Origin: Octopus vulgaris
Taxonomy: Eukaryota
Direction: 5' to 3'
Length of the DNA: 64,000 nucleotides
Assembly (NCBI GenBank): GCA_951406725.2
Contig: OX597826.1
Location: 23,932,001 to 23,996,000 of the forward strand
This document shows positions 1-11,972 of the stretch, one piece after another. Below the pieces are notes generated by a model. That model made no database searches. It was given only the letters and a program-made list of their open reading frames with translations, and had not been told where the DNA came from. Both the position numbers and the translations under genes were made by a program. Position 1 is the first letter of the stretch. Every line of letters starts with the position of its first letter.

Positions 1-129
1 AGGCACGTGGCTTTGTGGTTAGGGCATTCAGGTCACGATGGTAAGGGCAAGTGTCTTCTGAATGAAATTAGTAGACAAACAGCATGCAGAAGCCTATTGT
101 ATGTGTGTGTAAATATCTATGTGAAATCA

Positions 130-700
130 TGTAGCTTAGTGGTTAGGGTGTTTTGCTCAAAATCATAAGGTCATGAGTTCAATTCCCGGTGATACATTGT
201 GTCCTTGAGCAAGACACTTTATTCCCCGTTACTCCATTCCACTCACCTGGCAAAAATGAGAAGTACCTGTATTTCAAAGGGCCAGCCTTGTCATATTCTG
301 TGTCACGCTGAATCTCTCTGAGAACTACGTTAAGAGTACATGTGTCTGTGGAGACCTCAGCCATTTGCATCTTCACTTCATGTGCAGGTTGTTCCGTTGA
401 TCGGATCAACTGGAACCCTCGTCATTGTAACCAACGAAGTGCTAGCTTTTTGTGTGTCCTTGAGCAAGACACTTATTTCACATTGCTCCAGTCCACTCAG
501 CTGGCAAAAATAAGAAGTACCTGTATCACAAAGAGCAAGCCTTGTACATTCTGTATCACGCTGAATCTCCCTGAGAACTATGTTAAGGGTACTAGTGTCT
601 GTGGATTGCTCAGACACTTGCACATTAACTTCATGAGCAGATTATTGCATTGAGTGGATTAACTGGAGCCTTCATTGTCGTAACCAATGGAGTGCTAGTG
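130..700 (+). mobile_element. tRNA-headed SINE remnants (head plus duplicated body)
   Basis: A/B-box-like head GTAGCTTAGTGGTTAGGG...GAGTTCAATTCC, then TGTGTCCTTGAGCAAGACACTT; body repeated at ~200-440 and ~455-700; related head at 34928. Confidence 0.65.
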
Positions 701-1340
701 TGTGTGTTATTGTTTAACGTCAGGTCAGCTCTGACCTGAAGCAAACCTATAATCAAAGCCATTAAACCAAGACTGACCTGTCTTTTATTCAGACATTGAT
801 GATGATGATGATTGTATTAACCTTTTACCATTTACTTATAAATGACTTGAAAAGTTTAACCAAACAAATCAATTTATTTTTCGAAGTCTGGTACTTATTT
901 CATTGATCCCGTTTGCCTAACTGCTAGGTTATGGGGACAAACCAACACTATTTGTTGAGTGGTAGTGACACACACACACATATGATGACTACCACGCAGT
1001 TTCCAGCTACCAAATATACTCCCAAGGCATTGCTTGGCTTGAGACTATAATAGAAGACATGTCCTAGGTGCTGTGTCATGGGACTGAACCCCAAATCATG
1101 TGGCTGTAAAGTAAGCTTCTTAAGCACACAGTCATGCCTGCACTTGTACCTAGAACTAAATTATTCAAAATTATGCTTCTCTTTTATAAGCCTGTAAGGC
1201 AGTGGTTTTCACTGTGTCTGTAAGTAACTTGTCACAAAGTTGCTTAATTCCTAAATAATCAGGAATTATGAAACGTTTGGTGAAATGATTTAGTTGATAG
1301 AAAATAAAATATACTGTACTGAAATTTTTCTCCCTTTCCT

Positions 1341-1529
1341 CTTTTATTTGTTTCAGTCATTTGACTGGCCATGCTGGAGCACTGCCTTTAATCAAGCAAA
1401 TTGACCCCAGGACTTATTCTTTGTAAGCCTAGTAGTTATTCTATTGGTCTCATTTGCCAAACTGCTAAGTTACAGGGATGTAAACACACCAGCATCGGTT
1501 GTCAAGCGATGTTGGGGGGATAATCACAG

Positions 1530-1572
<43 letters not shown>

Positions 1573-1736
1573 CGACAGGCTTCTTTCAGTTTCTGTCTAC
1601 CAAATCCACTCACAAGGCTTTGGTCAGCCCGAGGCTATAGTAGAAGACACTTGCCCCAGGTACCACGCAGTGGGAATGAACCCGGAACCATGTGGTTGGT
1701 AAGCAAGCTACTTACCACACAGCCACTCCTGTGCCT
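1341..1736 (-). mobile_element. SINE family A (tRNA head, internal TA/CA microsatellite, CR1-like tail), full length
   Basis: Minus strand begins AGGCACAGGAGTGGCTGTGTGGTAAG and ends CAGTCAAATGACTGAAAC; many related copies in the window. Confidence 0.85.
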
Positions 1737-1764
1737 ATATTAAATGTAAATATTATCTTACCTG

Positions 1765-2225
1765 TAATAATCCTTTCTTATTTTGGTGTGAGGCCAATAG
1801 TTCTGAGGGGTTGGGAAGTTGACTACGTTTCCCCAGTGCTCAACTGGTATTCATTTCATCAACCTCAGATGGCTGAGAGACAAAGTCAACCTCAGTGCAA
1901 TTTGAACTCAGAATGTAATGACGGACAAAATTCTGCTAAGCATTTTGCCTCACCTGCTAATGATTTCTGTCAGCTTGCCATCTTAATAATAATAATAATA
2001 ATAATAATAATAGTAATAGTGGGTTCAAATTTTGGCACAAGGCCACAAATTTGGGGGGAAGGGCAAAGTCAATTACATTGAACCCAGTGCTCAACTGGGA
2101 CTCATTTCATTGACGCTGAAGGGCTAAGTTGTCCTTGGTGGAATTTGAACTTAGACTGAAATGATAGATGAAATGCTGCTAAGCACATAGCCTTTCATGC
2201 TAATGGTTCTGCCAGCTCGCCACTT
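1765..2225 (-). mobile_element. Two head-to-tail SINE family C copies
   Basis: Reverse complement of GGCGAGCTGGCAGAA...GAGTTCAAATT...TTTCATC units separated by (AAT)n; same family as 26441-26880 and 43575-44400. Confidence 0.65.
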
Positions 2226-2518
2226 TTATCTTTCATGTAATTATGGCATTTTGAAACAAGATTTATATTTATTCCTTCTAAACAACAGTCTTTGTTTCAA
2301 TTAATTTTTAAAATAATGAGGAATTCAGTACCATAACTTTGCCATTATTAAGCTGGTGTTTGGAGCATAAATCCATGTGAAATAAATCTCTTTAAAACAG
2401 GAAGTTGGTATTATAGAACTAAATGCGGTCTTAACCCTTTTGTTATCATATTTTTCTGGTGAACTACTCTCCCTTGAAAATTATGAGGAATTTAATGAAA
2501 CGCATATGTGATTATTAA

Positions 2519-3591
2519 CCCTTTCGTTACCAAACCGCCCAAAGCCGCCCGAATTTACCTATTCATATTTAAATGAGAATATCAGAGCAAATCTCTTTAG
2601 TACATTCGTGAAAACACGTGATTATACTTTGTAAACAGTTCATCTACAGTTTTGTACAATGATCAACGTGTAATTTTAATTCCCTGAATTTTGGGAGATT
2701 TTTTTCCACATTTTTTTCAGCATTGATTTTTCTTCAACTTTGAAAATGGATTGGAGTCTCATGTTATCAAGCATTGATTCCGAATTGGAAAATTTGTGAA
2801 ACAAATACTGGGTACTGTTGTGGATTTAGTTTTTATACAGGGAAACTAATGTTAGTCAGCATGGCTTAGGGTATGATGTGGTCTGGAAGTTATTGTTTGA
2901 AGCGATCAATGCGGAAACAAACTTACGCAAAATGTAAACAAACACAAAATGGGGATTCAAATTTCGGAAAATTTGTGAAGCAAATACTGGGTACTGCGTG
3001 GATTTAGTTTTTATACAGGGAAAATAATGTTAGTCAGCATGGCCTAGGGAACGATGTGGTCTGGAATTTATCACTTCCATACCATAACCAGGGCTGTATA
3101 TTATTTTTTGACCGATTTCTTTAGTTCGGTCAAACTTACGGTGGATTCCAGTATTTCACTTTATTCCACCTTTATGGTACACCTGTTGTGCATTAAATTC
3201 AACTGATGATATAGTGATGTGCACAATTCTTCTTTATCAAAATTTTGTTGCATACCCATTTGAATATTAGCTGATGATTCATTTTCTATGGTGATGTTTA
3301 AACAAAATTTTAATATTTTTACCTTTTGCTCAATTTAAAATTTTAATAGTTTTACCTTTTGCTCAATTTACCTGGATTTACCTGTAATTAAAGTCACTTT
3401 GAGACAAAAGTTATGCAATAGAATTGATTAAGAACCCTTTCTTTAATTATGTTCCAAATATCACATTAATATGTTGATAAGTAAAAAAGTTACAGTTATT
3501 TAATGAAACAAGCCTAGATTCATGATTATTTTAGAATTTAATTGAAACTCATGAGGGGTGTATTTTGGTCAGAAATATAGTAACGAAAAGG
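2519..3591 (+). mobile_element. Non-autonomous piggyBac-derived element, copy 1
   Basis: TTAA at 2515-2518, TIR CCCTTTCGTTAC...GTAACGAAAAGG then TTAC; internal transposase relic reading roughly FYTGK.NVSQHGLGNDVVWNLSLPYHNQGCILFFD, first part duplicated (2789-2894, 2967-3072); nested in an older TTAA MITE (2431-3711). Confidence 0.85.
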
Positions 3592-4137
3592 TTACGTTTT
3601 GAATAGTCTGCAAAATTTTGATGGTAGGTTTTAATTTAAATTGTTTTAAAATGGAAGGTTTGTTCTGTAGAAGCAAAGGTGGTCTCACACAAGTTCTATT
3701 CAAAAGGTTAAATTTTGACACTATCAGCAAATTGTCTGTTGGCATCACGCTTTCAAATTTGTGTGGAATAAGCGAGCCATTACTTGAAAACTAGGCAAGA
3801 GGTAGCAACAGGAAGAGCATCCAACAGTAGAAAATGTGTGTGTATGTTTATATATGTGTGATTGACTAGACTATCAGATGTTATTATACATCGTTGGTTA
3901 CAATGCGCTTTGCATCATTTTAGCTTTCAAATGATGCCACCCTGCTTGTTAGGTGAGCAGACCAACATTCCTCACCTGATCAGAAGGCTTCATTACAAGG
4001 ATACTTAGCTGAGTGGACTGGAGGACCATGGAACAAAGTGTTTCACTCAAGAACACAAGGCGTCATCCTGTCTGAGAATTGAACTCACAATCTAGCAATC
4101 ATCAGTGCAACATCCTAACCAGTATGTCACACACCAT

Positions 4138-4174
<37 letters not shown>

Positions 4175-4175
<1 letters not shown>

Positions 4176-4645
4176 CTGCATGGCTGTGTGGTAAGAAGCT
4201 TGTTTCCTAACCATATGGTTCTGGGTTCAGTCCCACTGTGTGGCACCTTGGGCAAGTGTCTTCTATTTTGGCCTTGGGCTGACCAAAGCTTTGTGAGAGG
4301 ATTTGGTAGACAGAAACTGATAAACACATGTGAATCGTTGGAGATTTTTTTCCTCCATCTTCCTTTTCTATTGGACTTTCCTGTTTCTGAATAAAACCAC
4401 CTTTCTTTCCTTCCCTGAGTGCCTAATAATACTTTACATGTACCACGTCCTTGTGTTGTTGTTTTTTTGTGTTCTTATTTTTTTATTTACGTGTGTGTGT
4501 CTGTGTTTGTCCACGCATCACTGCTTTGACAACCATTGTTGGTACGTTTATGTCCCTGTAACTTAGCAGTTTGGAAAACAAGACTGATAGAATTAGTACT
4601 AGGTTTACAAAGAATAAGTCCTGGGGTCGATTGATTAGACTAAGA
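4175..4645 (+). mobile_element. SINE family A interrupted by a ~165-bp insert (4325-4490)
   Basis: Head GGCTGTGTGGTAAG...GGTTCAGTCCC at 4182-4235; tail resumes after the TG repeat at ~4495. Confidence 0.7.
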
Positions 4646-5476
4646 CCGTTCTATATATATCCATGGTTTGCTAGCTTGAGAAAACTGAAAAAAAAATCTG
4701 TCAAGCTGGGATTAAACTTGAGTTCAAGAAAATATTTCTTATAGAACTTTGTTGCGGGGTACCCCATCTGCATGAAATTTAGATTCAGAAACAAAATCAT
4801 TGCATTGTATCTCAGTAAGTTCCATTGGAAAATTTTCTTGTGTAGGTGTGGGGCTGTGTGGTAAGAGGTTTACTTCAAACAACTCACATGGAGGAAGACT
4901 TCCATCCTTAGCTCATCCCCTTGTCTTCCTTCCTTTTCCTCTCTTCCTCCCCTCCTCTACCGCCTTCATTTTCTTTCTCCATCCACCTCACCTTCTACCT
5001 CCAACTTTCTCCATCATGGATATAATTGACATAACTTTCACTTAAAATTAAACCCCTGATGGTTTCCTTTGTTGTGATCCCAGTTTTGTATAGCCTCACC
5101 CCCTAGCTCATCCAACATGATCCATGTTGAACACAGCTGGCATGTGATCTTGATAGTTAATAGCCTTCCCATAAAACGACCAAAATTTCTTTAAAAAAAT
5201 AACATTTTCATTACAGTTGTTATAAATTTAATTAAAAGAAAAATCAAGTGAATGCCTTAACTTTCACAGTTCCTGAGAAACCAGAGCACAGATATTGAAG
5301 ACAATCAACCACACAAACAAACAAAAACAGTGGCACCTAATTTTTGAGTGGTTGAACATTTTTTTCCCCCCATTAATGCAAGTGCCTTCTACTGTAGCCC
5401 CTGGTTGACCAAAGCCTGGTGAGTGGATTGTTGTAGGTGGACTGAAACTGAAAGCAGTCCCTCATTTATACATATG

Positions 5477-5830
5477 TTCACCACTTAAAAGTGGATGTTC
5501 CATTAAAACACAAATGCTGCAATGTTTACCCAAGAGGGAAAATTCTCATACGGTTATACAGGGTGGCCCAAAAGTAGGTTTACAGTTACTCAACTATCTC
5601 TTTCGCATTCATATATTAACAGTTTAGATCTTAATTATAAAAAAAATATGAAACCATTATTCTATGTTAATGTAGTTAACTTTGTCAAGTTCCCGCTTCA
5701 GGTTGTAAGATAGAAATTTAAATGTAATAAAATGTTTTAAAAGAAATTTGAAGTGCCACCATGATAACTGTAAACCTACTTTTAGGCCACCCTGTATGTT
5801 CTAATGCAACATCCACTTTTAAGTGGTGAA
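5477..5830. mobile_element. TIR-bounded MITE
   Basis: TTCACCACTTAAAAGTGGATGTT at 5477 and its reverse complement ending at 5830. Confidence 0.65.
5559..5794. mobile_element. Tc1/mariner-type MITE nested in the previous MITE
   Basis: TA|CAGGGTGGCCCAAAAGTAGGTTTACAGTTA ... TAACTGTAAACCTACTTTTAGGCCACCCTG|TA; TA target duplication. Confidence 0.85.
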
Positions 5831-5880
5831 TATATTATCGTCTGGTATTAATACTGCCTCTGTCACTCTATTTTCATATA

Positions 5881-7658
5881 TCTCTATATTATAATTCTGA
5901 AATGCCAAAAGTTTGTTTGTTTGTTTGTCTGGTTTTGGCATCGAGAACGGGTTAAAGGCCACTAGATCCCGTCAGATTGACTCCAAAATTTACAGGGACA
6001 TGTAAAATGAGGTGAGGATGCGAGTGGGCTAGGTTAGAAATCCCCATCTTAAAAGGTGTCGTTGCTCGGGCCAAAAACGCACTTTGACAAGTCTACTCTC
6101 ATTCTTTTATGTGTCTGTCTTCCTCCATCACTCACTCTCTTTCCTCCCTTTCTTTCACATTCTATCTATAATGTTGTGTCACAGCGTCCTATATACCCCT
6201 CCCCGCCTTCGACAGCACTTTCACACACTCTCTCTCTCTCTACGTCTGTCTGCATTCATAGATAGAATTATCATCGCCAACATCACCACACAATCATGAG
6301 AACGAATATTATGAATCAGATATTTATTGGGTTGATTTATATATGTGTGTGTGTGTTCTATATATAAATATGTGTATATAATGTATATATACAAAGTGTA
6401 TATATCTGTATTTATGTATATTAAACTTTTTAATACTTTTAAATTTAAATAATTTAAATTTTTTAATTTTATATTTTATATATTTTGTATATTATATTTT
6501 TATTCTTATGTTTTGTTTTATGTTTTTCACTGTTTGATTTGCCTAATAGTGGTTTTATCTCTAATTTAATTTATATATATATATAATTTGTATACAAATA
6601 TGCACACCTATGTTAAAATTGCTGGCGAGTTTGCATGGCAACTATTTTTTTCCTCAAATGTCCTCTAGGACAAAATTCCTCATCTTATAAAATGTGGCCC
6701 GAGTAGACCCGAATGAAATCGGGTTATATTAACCAAAATGTGAAAAGAGGTCTAAATGGGGCTTGAAGGGGATTAAAATTTACAGGAGCGGGTGTTTAGG
6801 AATTCTCTGTTACATCAGGCTAAAAAATTTGCGCCAGCCTTTAAATCGTCAATGTGATGCTGTCCATGATGAAGAAGTTTTGAATGCTTGCCATGGTGAA
6901 TCTACTTTCGTGAGAAAGAATCACTTCAAAGCTTGGTGTTTAGGAATTTTCTTTTACATCAAGTTCAAAATTTTACGCCAGCCGTTAAACTGTCAATATG
7001 TTGCTGTCCGTCGTTAAGAAATGCCAGCCATGGTGACTCTACTATCCTCAGATTCTATCCCTTCAAACTTTGGTTTCCAATACTTTTTTTATTTATATTC
7101 AGCTCGCAAGTTCGTCTGTCCCTTTTAAATGTTAGCGTTTTGCTGTCTGCCTTGAAGCAGACCTTTCCATTGTCACTGCCTGATATTTATGATTGATCTT
7201 TCAAAACATATTCTTTCTCAACTCACTCAAGATCTTTTGTTGTTTATAAATGGGAGAGAGATAGATAAGGATAGAGAGTAAGAGAGAGAGAGTTCGAGAG
7301 AAAGGAGGAGTAAGAGAGTGGGAAAGTGAGAGAGAAACAAAGAGGGAGAATCATAATAATCACCATCGTTTAACGTCCGTTTTCCGTGCTAGCACGGGTT
7401 GGATGGTTTGACCGGGGTCTGGGAAGCTAGTAGGCTGCACCAGGCTCCAGTCTGATCTGGCAATGTTTCTACAGCTGGATGCCCTTCCTAACGCCAACCA
7501 CTCCGTGATTGTAGTGGGTGCTTTTTTCGTGCCACCGGCACAGGTGCCAGGGGTGGGGGGTATTGTCAGCGGCCACGATCAGTTGGTGCTTTTTACGTGC
7601 TGAAAGGAAGCAACAACCACACTCTTACCTGCGCGTAGAGTGGTTCACCTTTAGCTAG
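5881..7658 (+). mobile_element. Non-autonomous Helitron (contains a family B SINE at ~7357-7600)
   Basis: 5' A|TCTCTATATTATAA followed by (GTTT)n; subterminal imperfect hairpin ACCACACTCTTAC...GTAGAGTGGT; 3' CTAG|T. Confidence 0.6.
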
Positions 7659-7690
<32 letters not shown>

Positions 7691-7842
7691 TAAAAACGGT
7701 AAATAACAAAAGAAAGAAAGAGACCTCAATATTATGTAAATAGAGGAAATTTATCTATAGCGTCATTTGGCATTCGAAACTCAGTTTTATCTTGCCTATG
7801 GTATAATTGTAACATATTATTTTATATATATATATATATATA

Positions 7843-8018
7843 GATCGCTAGCCACTACACACATTTTTTTCTCTCCTTGTTTTTTCTGTGTCCCTTTCTG
7901 TAGAAGAGCGTAGGCTCGAAACGTAAAAGACTTTTTCTATTCCTGAGCTTTATACTAATACATCTGTTTGTTTTGTACACAACCTGTCTTCATCTTTAGT
8001 ATTTTCATAAACTCTCCC
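7843..8018 (+). repeat. Short PLE-pLTR-like repeat carrying a minimal hammerhead motif
   Basis: Flanked by (TA)n; homologous minus-strand copy at 23818-23998. Confidence 0.6.
7894..7929 (+). ncRNA. Minimal hammerhead ribozyme-like motif (U6 core variant)
   Basis: CTTT CTGTAGA A GAGC gtag GCTC GAAA CG TA AAAG: stem I CTTT/AAAG, stem II GAGC/GCTC, palindromic ACGT stem III. Confidence 0.65.
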
Positions 8019-8174
8019 TATATATATATATATATACGGAGATGTACTCGCATAGCAAGTAATTTGATCTGAGATCGTGTGCTGAAACGAAAACAATTGC
8101 AGCGTGGAAGGTGTTTATAAGCCATTTAAGAAGCACACAAAAGCTGTTCGATTCACTTCAACATTTAAGTTTAA

Positions 8175-8224
8175 TTTGTCAAAATATTTTCGTCACTAAA
8201 ATCCGCGACCTGTCCACTGACAAA
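8175..8224 (-). ncRNA. Hammerhead-like motif, left PLE arm (G3-C8 core, A6G)
   Basis: Minus strand: TTTGTCA GTGGACA G GTCGCG gatttt AGTGAC GAAA ATAT TT TGACAAA; perfect 7-bp stem I. Confidence 0.6.
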
Positions 8225-9201
8225 GTCCGTGCTGCATCTAAGAAAGTAACAGTTAGTTCGTCATATATATGTACGTATGTATGTGTGTATGTATGCATAC
8301 ATGTGTGTATGTATGTACATATGCATGTACGCACATACGCTTGTGTATGCATGCATGTATGTATGTATGTATGTATGTATGTATATATGTATGTGTGTGT
8401 ATATGCATGCACATACACTCTATAAAACATAAAGCTATAAACCTGTAGCGATGGATGGATGTAGAGTGACCACTCATCACAAAGCTATCAAATTTCAACT
8501 TCCTACGGCCCGAAGCTAGAAAGTGATTTATGACGCTTACTCCCAAAACTATACCCTAAAATCTATTATCAGATTTTTATCTCTATATCACAGAACTATT
8601 GTTTTACTATTGTGTGTATGTATGTATGTGCGTATGTATGTATGTATGTATGTATGTATGTATGTATGTATGTATGTATGTATGTGTGTATGTATGTGTG
8701 TATGTACATACGTACGCATGTGCGTATGTATGTATACGCGCTCGTGTGCATGTGCCCATGTATGTGTGTGCGTACATGTACGTGCGTATGTACGTGTGTA
8801 TGCCCATACGTAGGTATGTATGTATGTTTGTATTCATGTGCTACGTATGTATGTGAGTGTCTAGGAGAATGGGCAGATGTGTCTGTGAGAGTATGTGTAT
8901 GTGAACGTATGTCCGTGTACTGGCATGTGTCCGTCCAAGTTGTGTACATGACTGTTACTTTGCTGAAGGTTGTATACATATTTACATATATGTTTGTATA
9001 GACGCACACACACATATATATATGTGTGTGGGTGTGTGTTTGTTCCTCTCATCATCGTCTAACCGTGAATGGATACAACGCCTAGGTGCAACTGTTCGTA
9101 TCAAACAACGTCTGCTCATACCGTTGTATATAACTGCACATACGCGTTGCAACCCGTATGTAAGGACTACAGGTAAAAGGGAGAGAGAGAGAGAGGGGTG
9201 G

Positions 9202-9495
9202 TTATAGAATAGTCCTTCTGAATGGGATCTGGATGTTATTCCATTCGGACTTTCGGTTGAGAGTAGGTTTGTATTCTTGTATACAAACAGCTTCTGTGAC
9301 CTGTCTCAACATTGCATCGGTGGGGTGTGTTGATAGGATGTTCAACTTAAGCTCCCCTAAGGATCCCTTGTGGCAGTCTACAGCATTTTGGTAGAAGATG
9401 GAGTTTGGCTTCCTTTCAATGTAGTTGTCCAGGTGTTCTTTGAACCTATCATTGATGCTTCTAGAGGTCTCACCTACGTATAAATCAGGTAGGAT
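9202..9495 (-). pseudogene. PLE GIY-YIG endonuclease C-terminal fragment
   Basis: LYVGETSRSINDRFKEH...LRQVTEAVCIQEYKPTLNRKSEW. Confidence 0.85.
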
Positions 9496-10330
9496 GTCTG
9501 TTGACAACATACCTAATTACATCTCGAACATGCAACCACACATCAGAGACATGACAGAAACCACAACACTCGAATATATCGAGAACGAAAAGATCGTCAA
9601 TGCTCACATGGGGATGTGGAGTATAATTCTCCAGTCGGAGAAGCGCACAGCTAACAACTTCTTAACCACCAACAATGAAATCCCACCCCTATATGGCCTT
9701 CGCAAAGATCACAAGAGCCACACGGATCACATACTTGGGCCACCCACCCGACCCGTTTGTGGTGCCAACAATGCAAACAACCACAAAATATCATACTTTC
9801 TCTCACAATTCCTACGACCGTTAATAGAACTATCTGTGGATGTATGTGACAGTACTGAGGACCTCCTTAGCAGGATCCGCGAATGCAACAACACGTGTGA
9901 CCTCAGGAACCACATCGTGGGTAGCATGGATGTGGTATCACTATACCCCTCCATCGATATAGACTTTGCTGTCGATAAATGTATAGAAATAGTTAGTGAG
10001 AGTGGTATGATATTTAAGAATGTGGATGTATATGAACTAGGGCTCTTCCTGGCCCTGACGTGTACCAATGAATACCTGTCGCGCAATAACCTTCTACACC
10101 TGGACAACTACATTGAAAGGAAGCCAAACTCCATCTTCTACCAACATGCTGTAGACTGCCACAAGGGATCCTTAGGGGAGCTTAAGTTGAACATCCTATC
10201 AACACACCCCACCGATGCAATGTTGAGACAGGTCACAGAAGCTGTTTGTATACAAGAATACAAACCTACTCTCAACCGAAAGTCCGAATGGAATAACATC
10301 CAGATCCCATTCAGAAGGACTATTCTATAA
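9425..10330 (+). pseudogene. Internally deleted PLE RT fused in frame to the endonuclease C-terminus
   Basis: PPLYGLRKDHK, TRPVCG, GSMDVVSLYPSI, then an abrupt switch at ~10096 to HLDNY...LNRKSEW; no YxDD motif. Confidence 0.82.
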
Positions 10331-11299
10331 CCACCCCTCTCTCTCTCTCTCTCCCTTTTACCTGTAGTCCTTACATACGGGTTGCAACGCGTATGTGCAG
10401 TTATATACAACGGTATGAGCAGACGTTGTTTGATACGAACAGTTGCACCTAGGCGTTGTATCCATTCACGGTTAGACGATGATGAGAGGAACAAACACAC
10501 ACCCACACACATATATATATGTGTGTGTGCGTCCATACAAACATATATGTAAATATGTATACAACCTTCAGCAAAGTAACAGTCATGTACACAACTTGGA
10601 CGGACACATGCCAGTACACGGACATACGTTCACATACACATACACATACTCTCACAGACACATCTGCCCATTCTCCTAGACACTCACATACATACGTAGC
10701 ACATGAATACAAACATACATACATACCTACGTATGGGCATACACACGTACATACGCACGTACATGTACGCACACACATACATGGGCACATGCACACGAGC
10801 GCGTATACATACATACGCACATGCGTACGTATGTACATACACACATACATACACACATACATACATACATACATACATACATACATACATACGCACATAC
10901 ATACATACATACGCACAATAGTAAAACAATAGTTCTGTGATATAGAGATAAAAATCTGATAATAGATTTTAGGGTATAGTTTTGGGAGTAAGCGTCATAA
11001 ATCACTTTCTAGCTTCGGGCCGTAGGAAGTTGAAATTTGATAGCTTTGTGATGAGTGGTCACTCTACATCCATCCATCGCTACAGGTTTATAGCTTTATG
11101 TTTTATAGAGTGTATGTGCATGCATATACACACACATACATATATACATACATACATACATACATACATACATGCATACACGAGCGTATGTGCGTACATG
11201 CATACGTACATACATACACACATGTATGCATACATACACACATACATGCGTACATATATATGACGAACTAACTGTTACTTTCTTAGATGCAGCACGGAC

Positions 11300-11349
11300 T
11301 TCGTCAGTGAACAGGTCGCGGATTTTCGTGACGAAAATATTTTGACAAA
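11300..11349 (+). ncRNA. Minimal hammerhead ribozyme-like motif with swapped G3-C8 core pair
   Basis: GTCA GTGAACA G GTCGCG gatttt CGTGAC GAAA ATAT TT TGAC; lies near the end of the PLE 3' UTR on the sense strand. Confidence 0.68.
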
Positions 11350-11448
11350 TTAAACTTAAATGTTGAAGTGAATCGAACGGCTTTTGTGTGTTTCTTAAAT
11401 GGCTTATAAACACCTTCCACGCTGCAATTGTATATATATATATATATC

Positions 11449-11525
<77 letters not shown>

Positions 11526-11560
11526 ATATATATATATGTGTGTGTGTGTGTGTGCGTGTA

Positions 11561-11937
11561 TTCTTGTTTGTCATTTGACTGCAGCCATGCTGGAGCACTG
11601 CCTTTAGTTGAAGAAATCGACACCAGGACATATTCTTTTGTAAGCCTAGTACTTATTCTATCTCTTTTGGTGAACCGCTAAGTTACAAGGATGTAAACAC
11701 ACCGCCATTGGTTGTCAAGCGATGGTGAGGGGACAAACACACAAATACATACATATATATATAATATATATATATATATGACAGGCTTCTTTCAGTTTCC
11801 ATCTACCTTATCCACTCACAAGGCTTTGGTTGGCCAGAGGCTAGAGAAGACATTTGCCCGAGTTGCCACCGCAGTGGGACTGAACTCAGAACAATGTTGT
11901 TAGGAAGCAAGCTTCTTACCACACAGCCACTCCCGTG

Positions 11938-11940
<3 letters not shown>
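11561..11940 (-). mobile_element. SINE family A
   Basis: Same head and tail as 1341-1736. Confidence 0.85.

Positions 11941-11969
<29 letters not shown>

Positions 11970-11972
<3 letters not shown>

Larger units (their letters stand above)
8039..11431. mobile_element. Penelope-like retroelement with inverted pLTR-type arms
   Basis: Inverted arms 8093-9436 and 10096-11431, each with a GIY-YIG C-terminus and ~1.1-kb 3' UTR; RT fragment in the spacer; (TA)n on both sides. Confidence 0.88.

Noticed and set aside
7760-7790. Possible hammerhead 3' half (GCATTC GAAAC TCAG)
   Set aside because: No CTGANGA core or 5' stem arm is present
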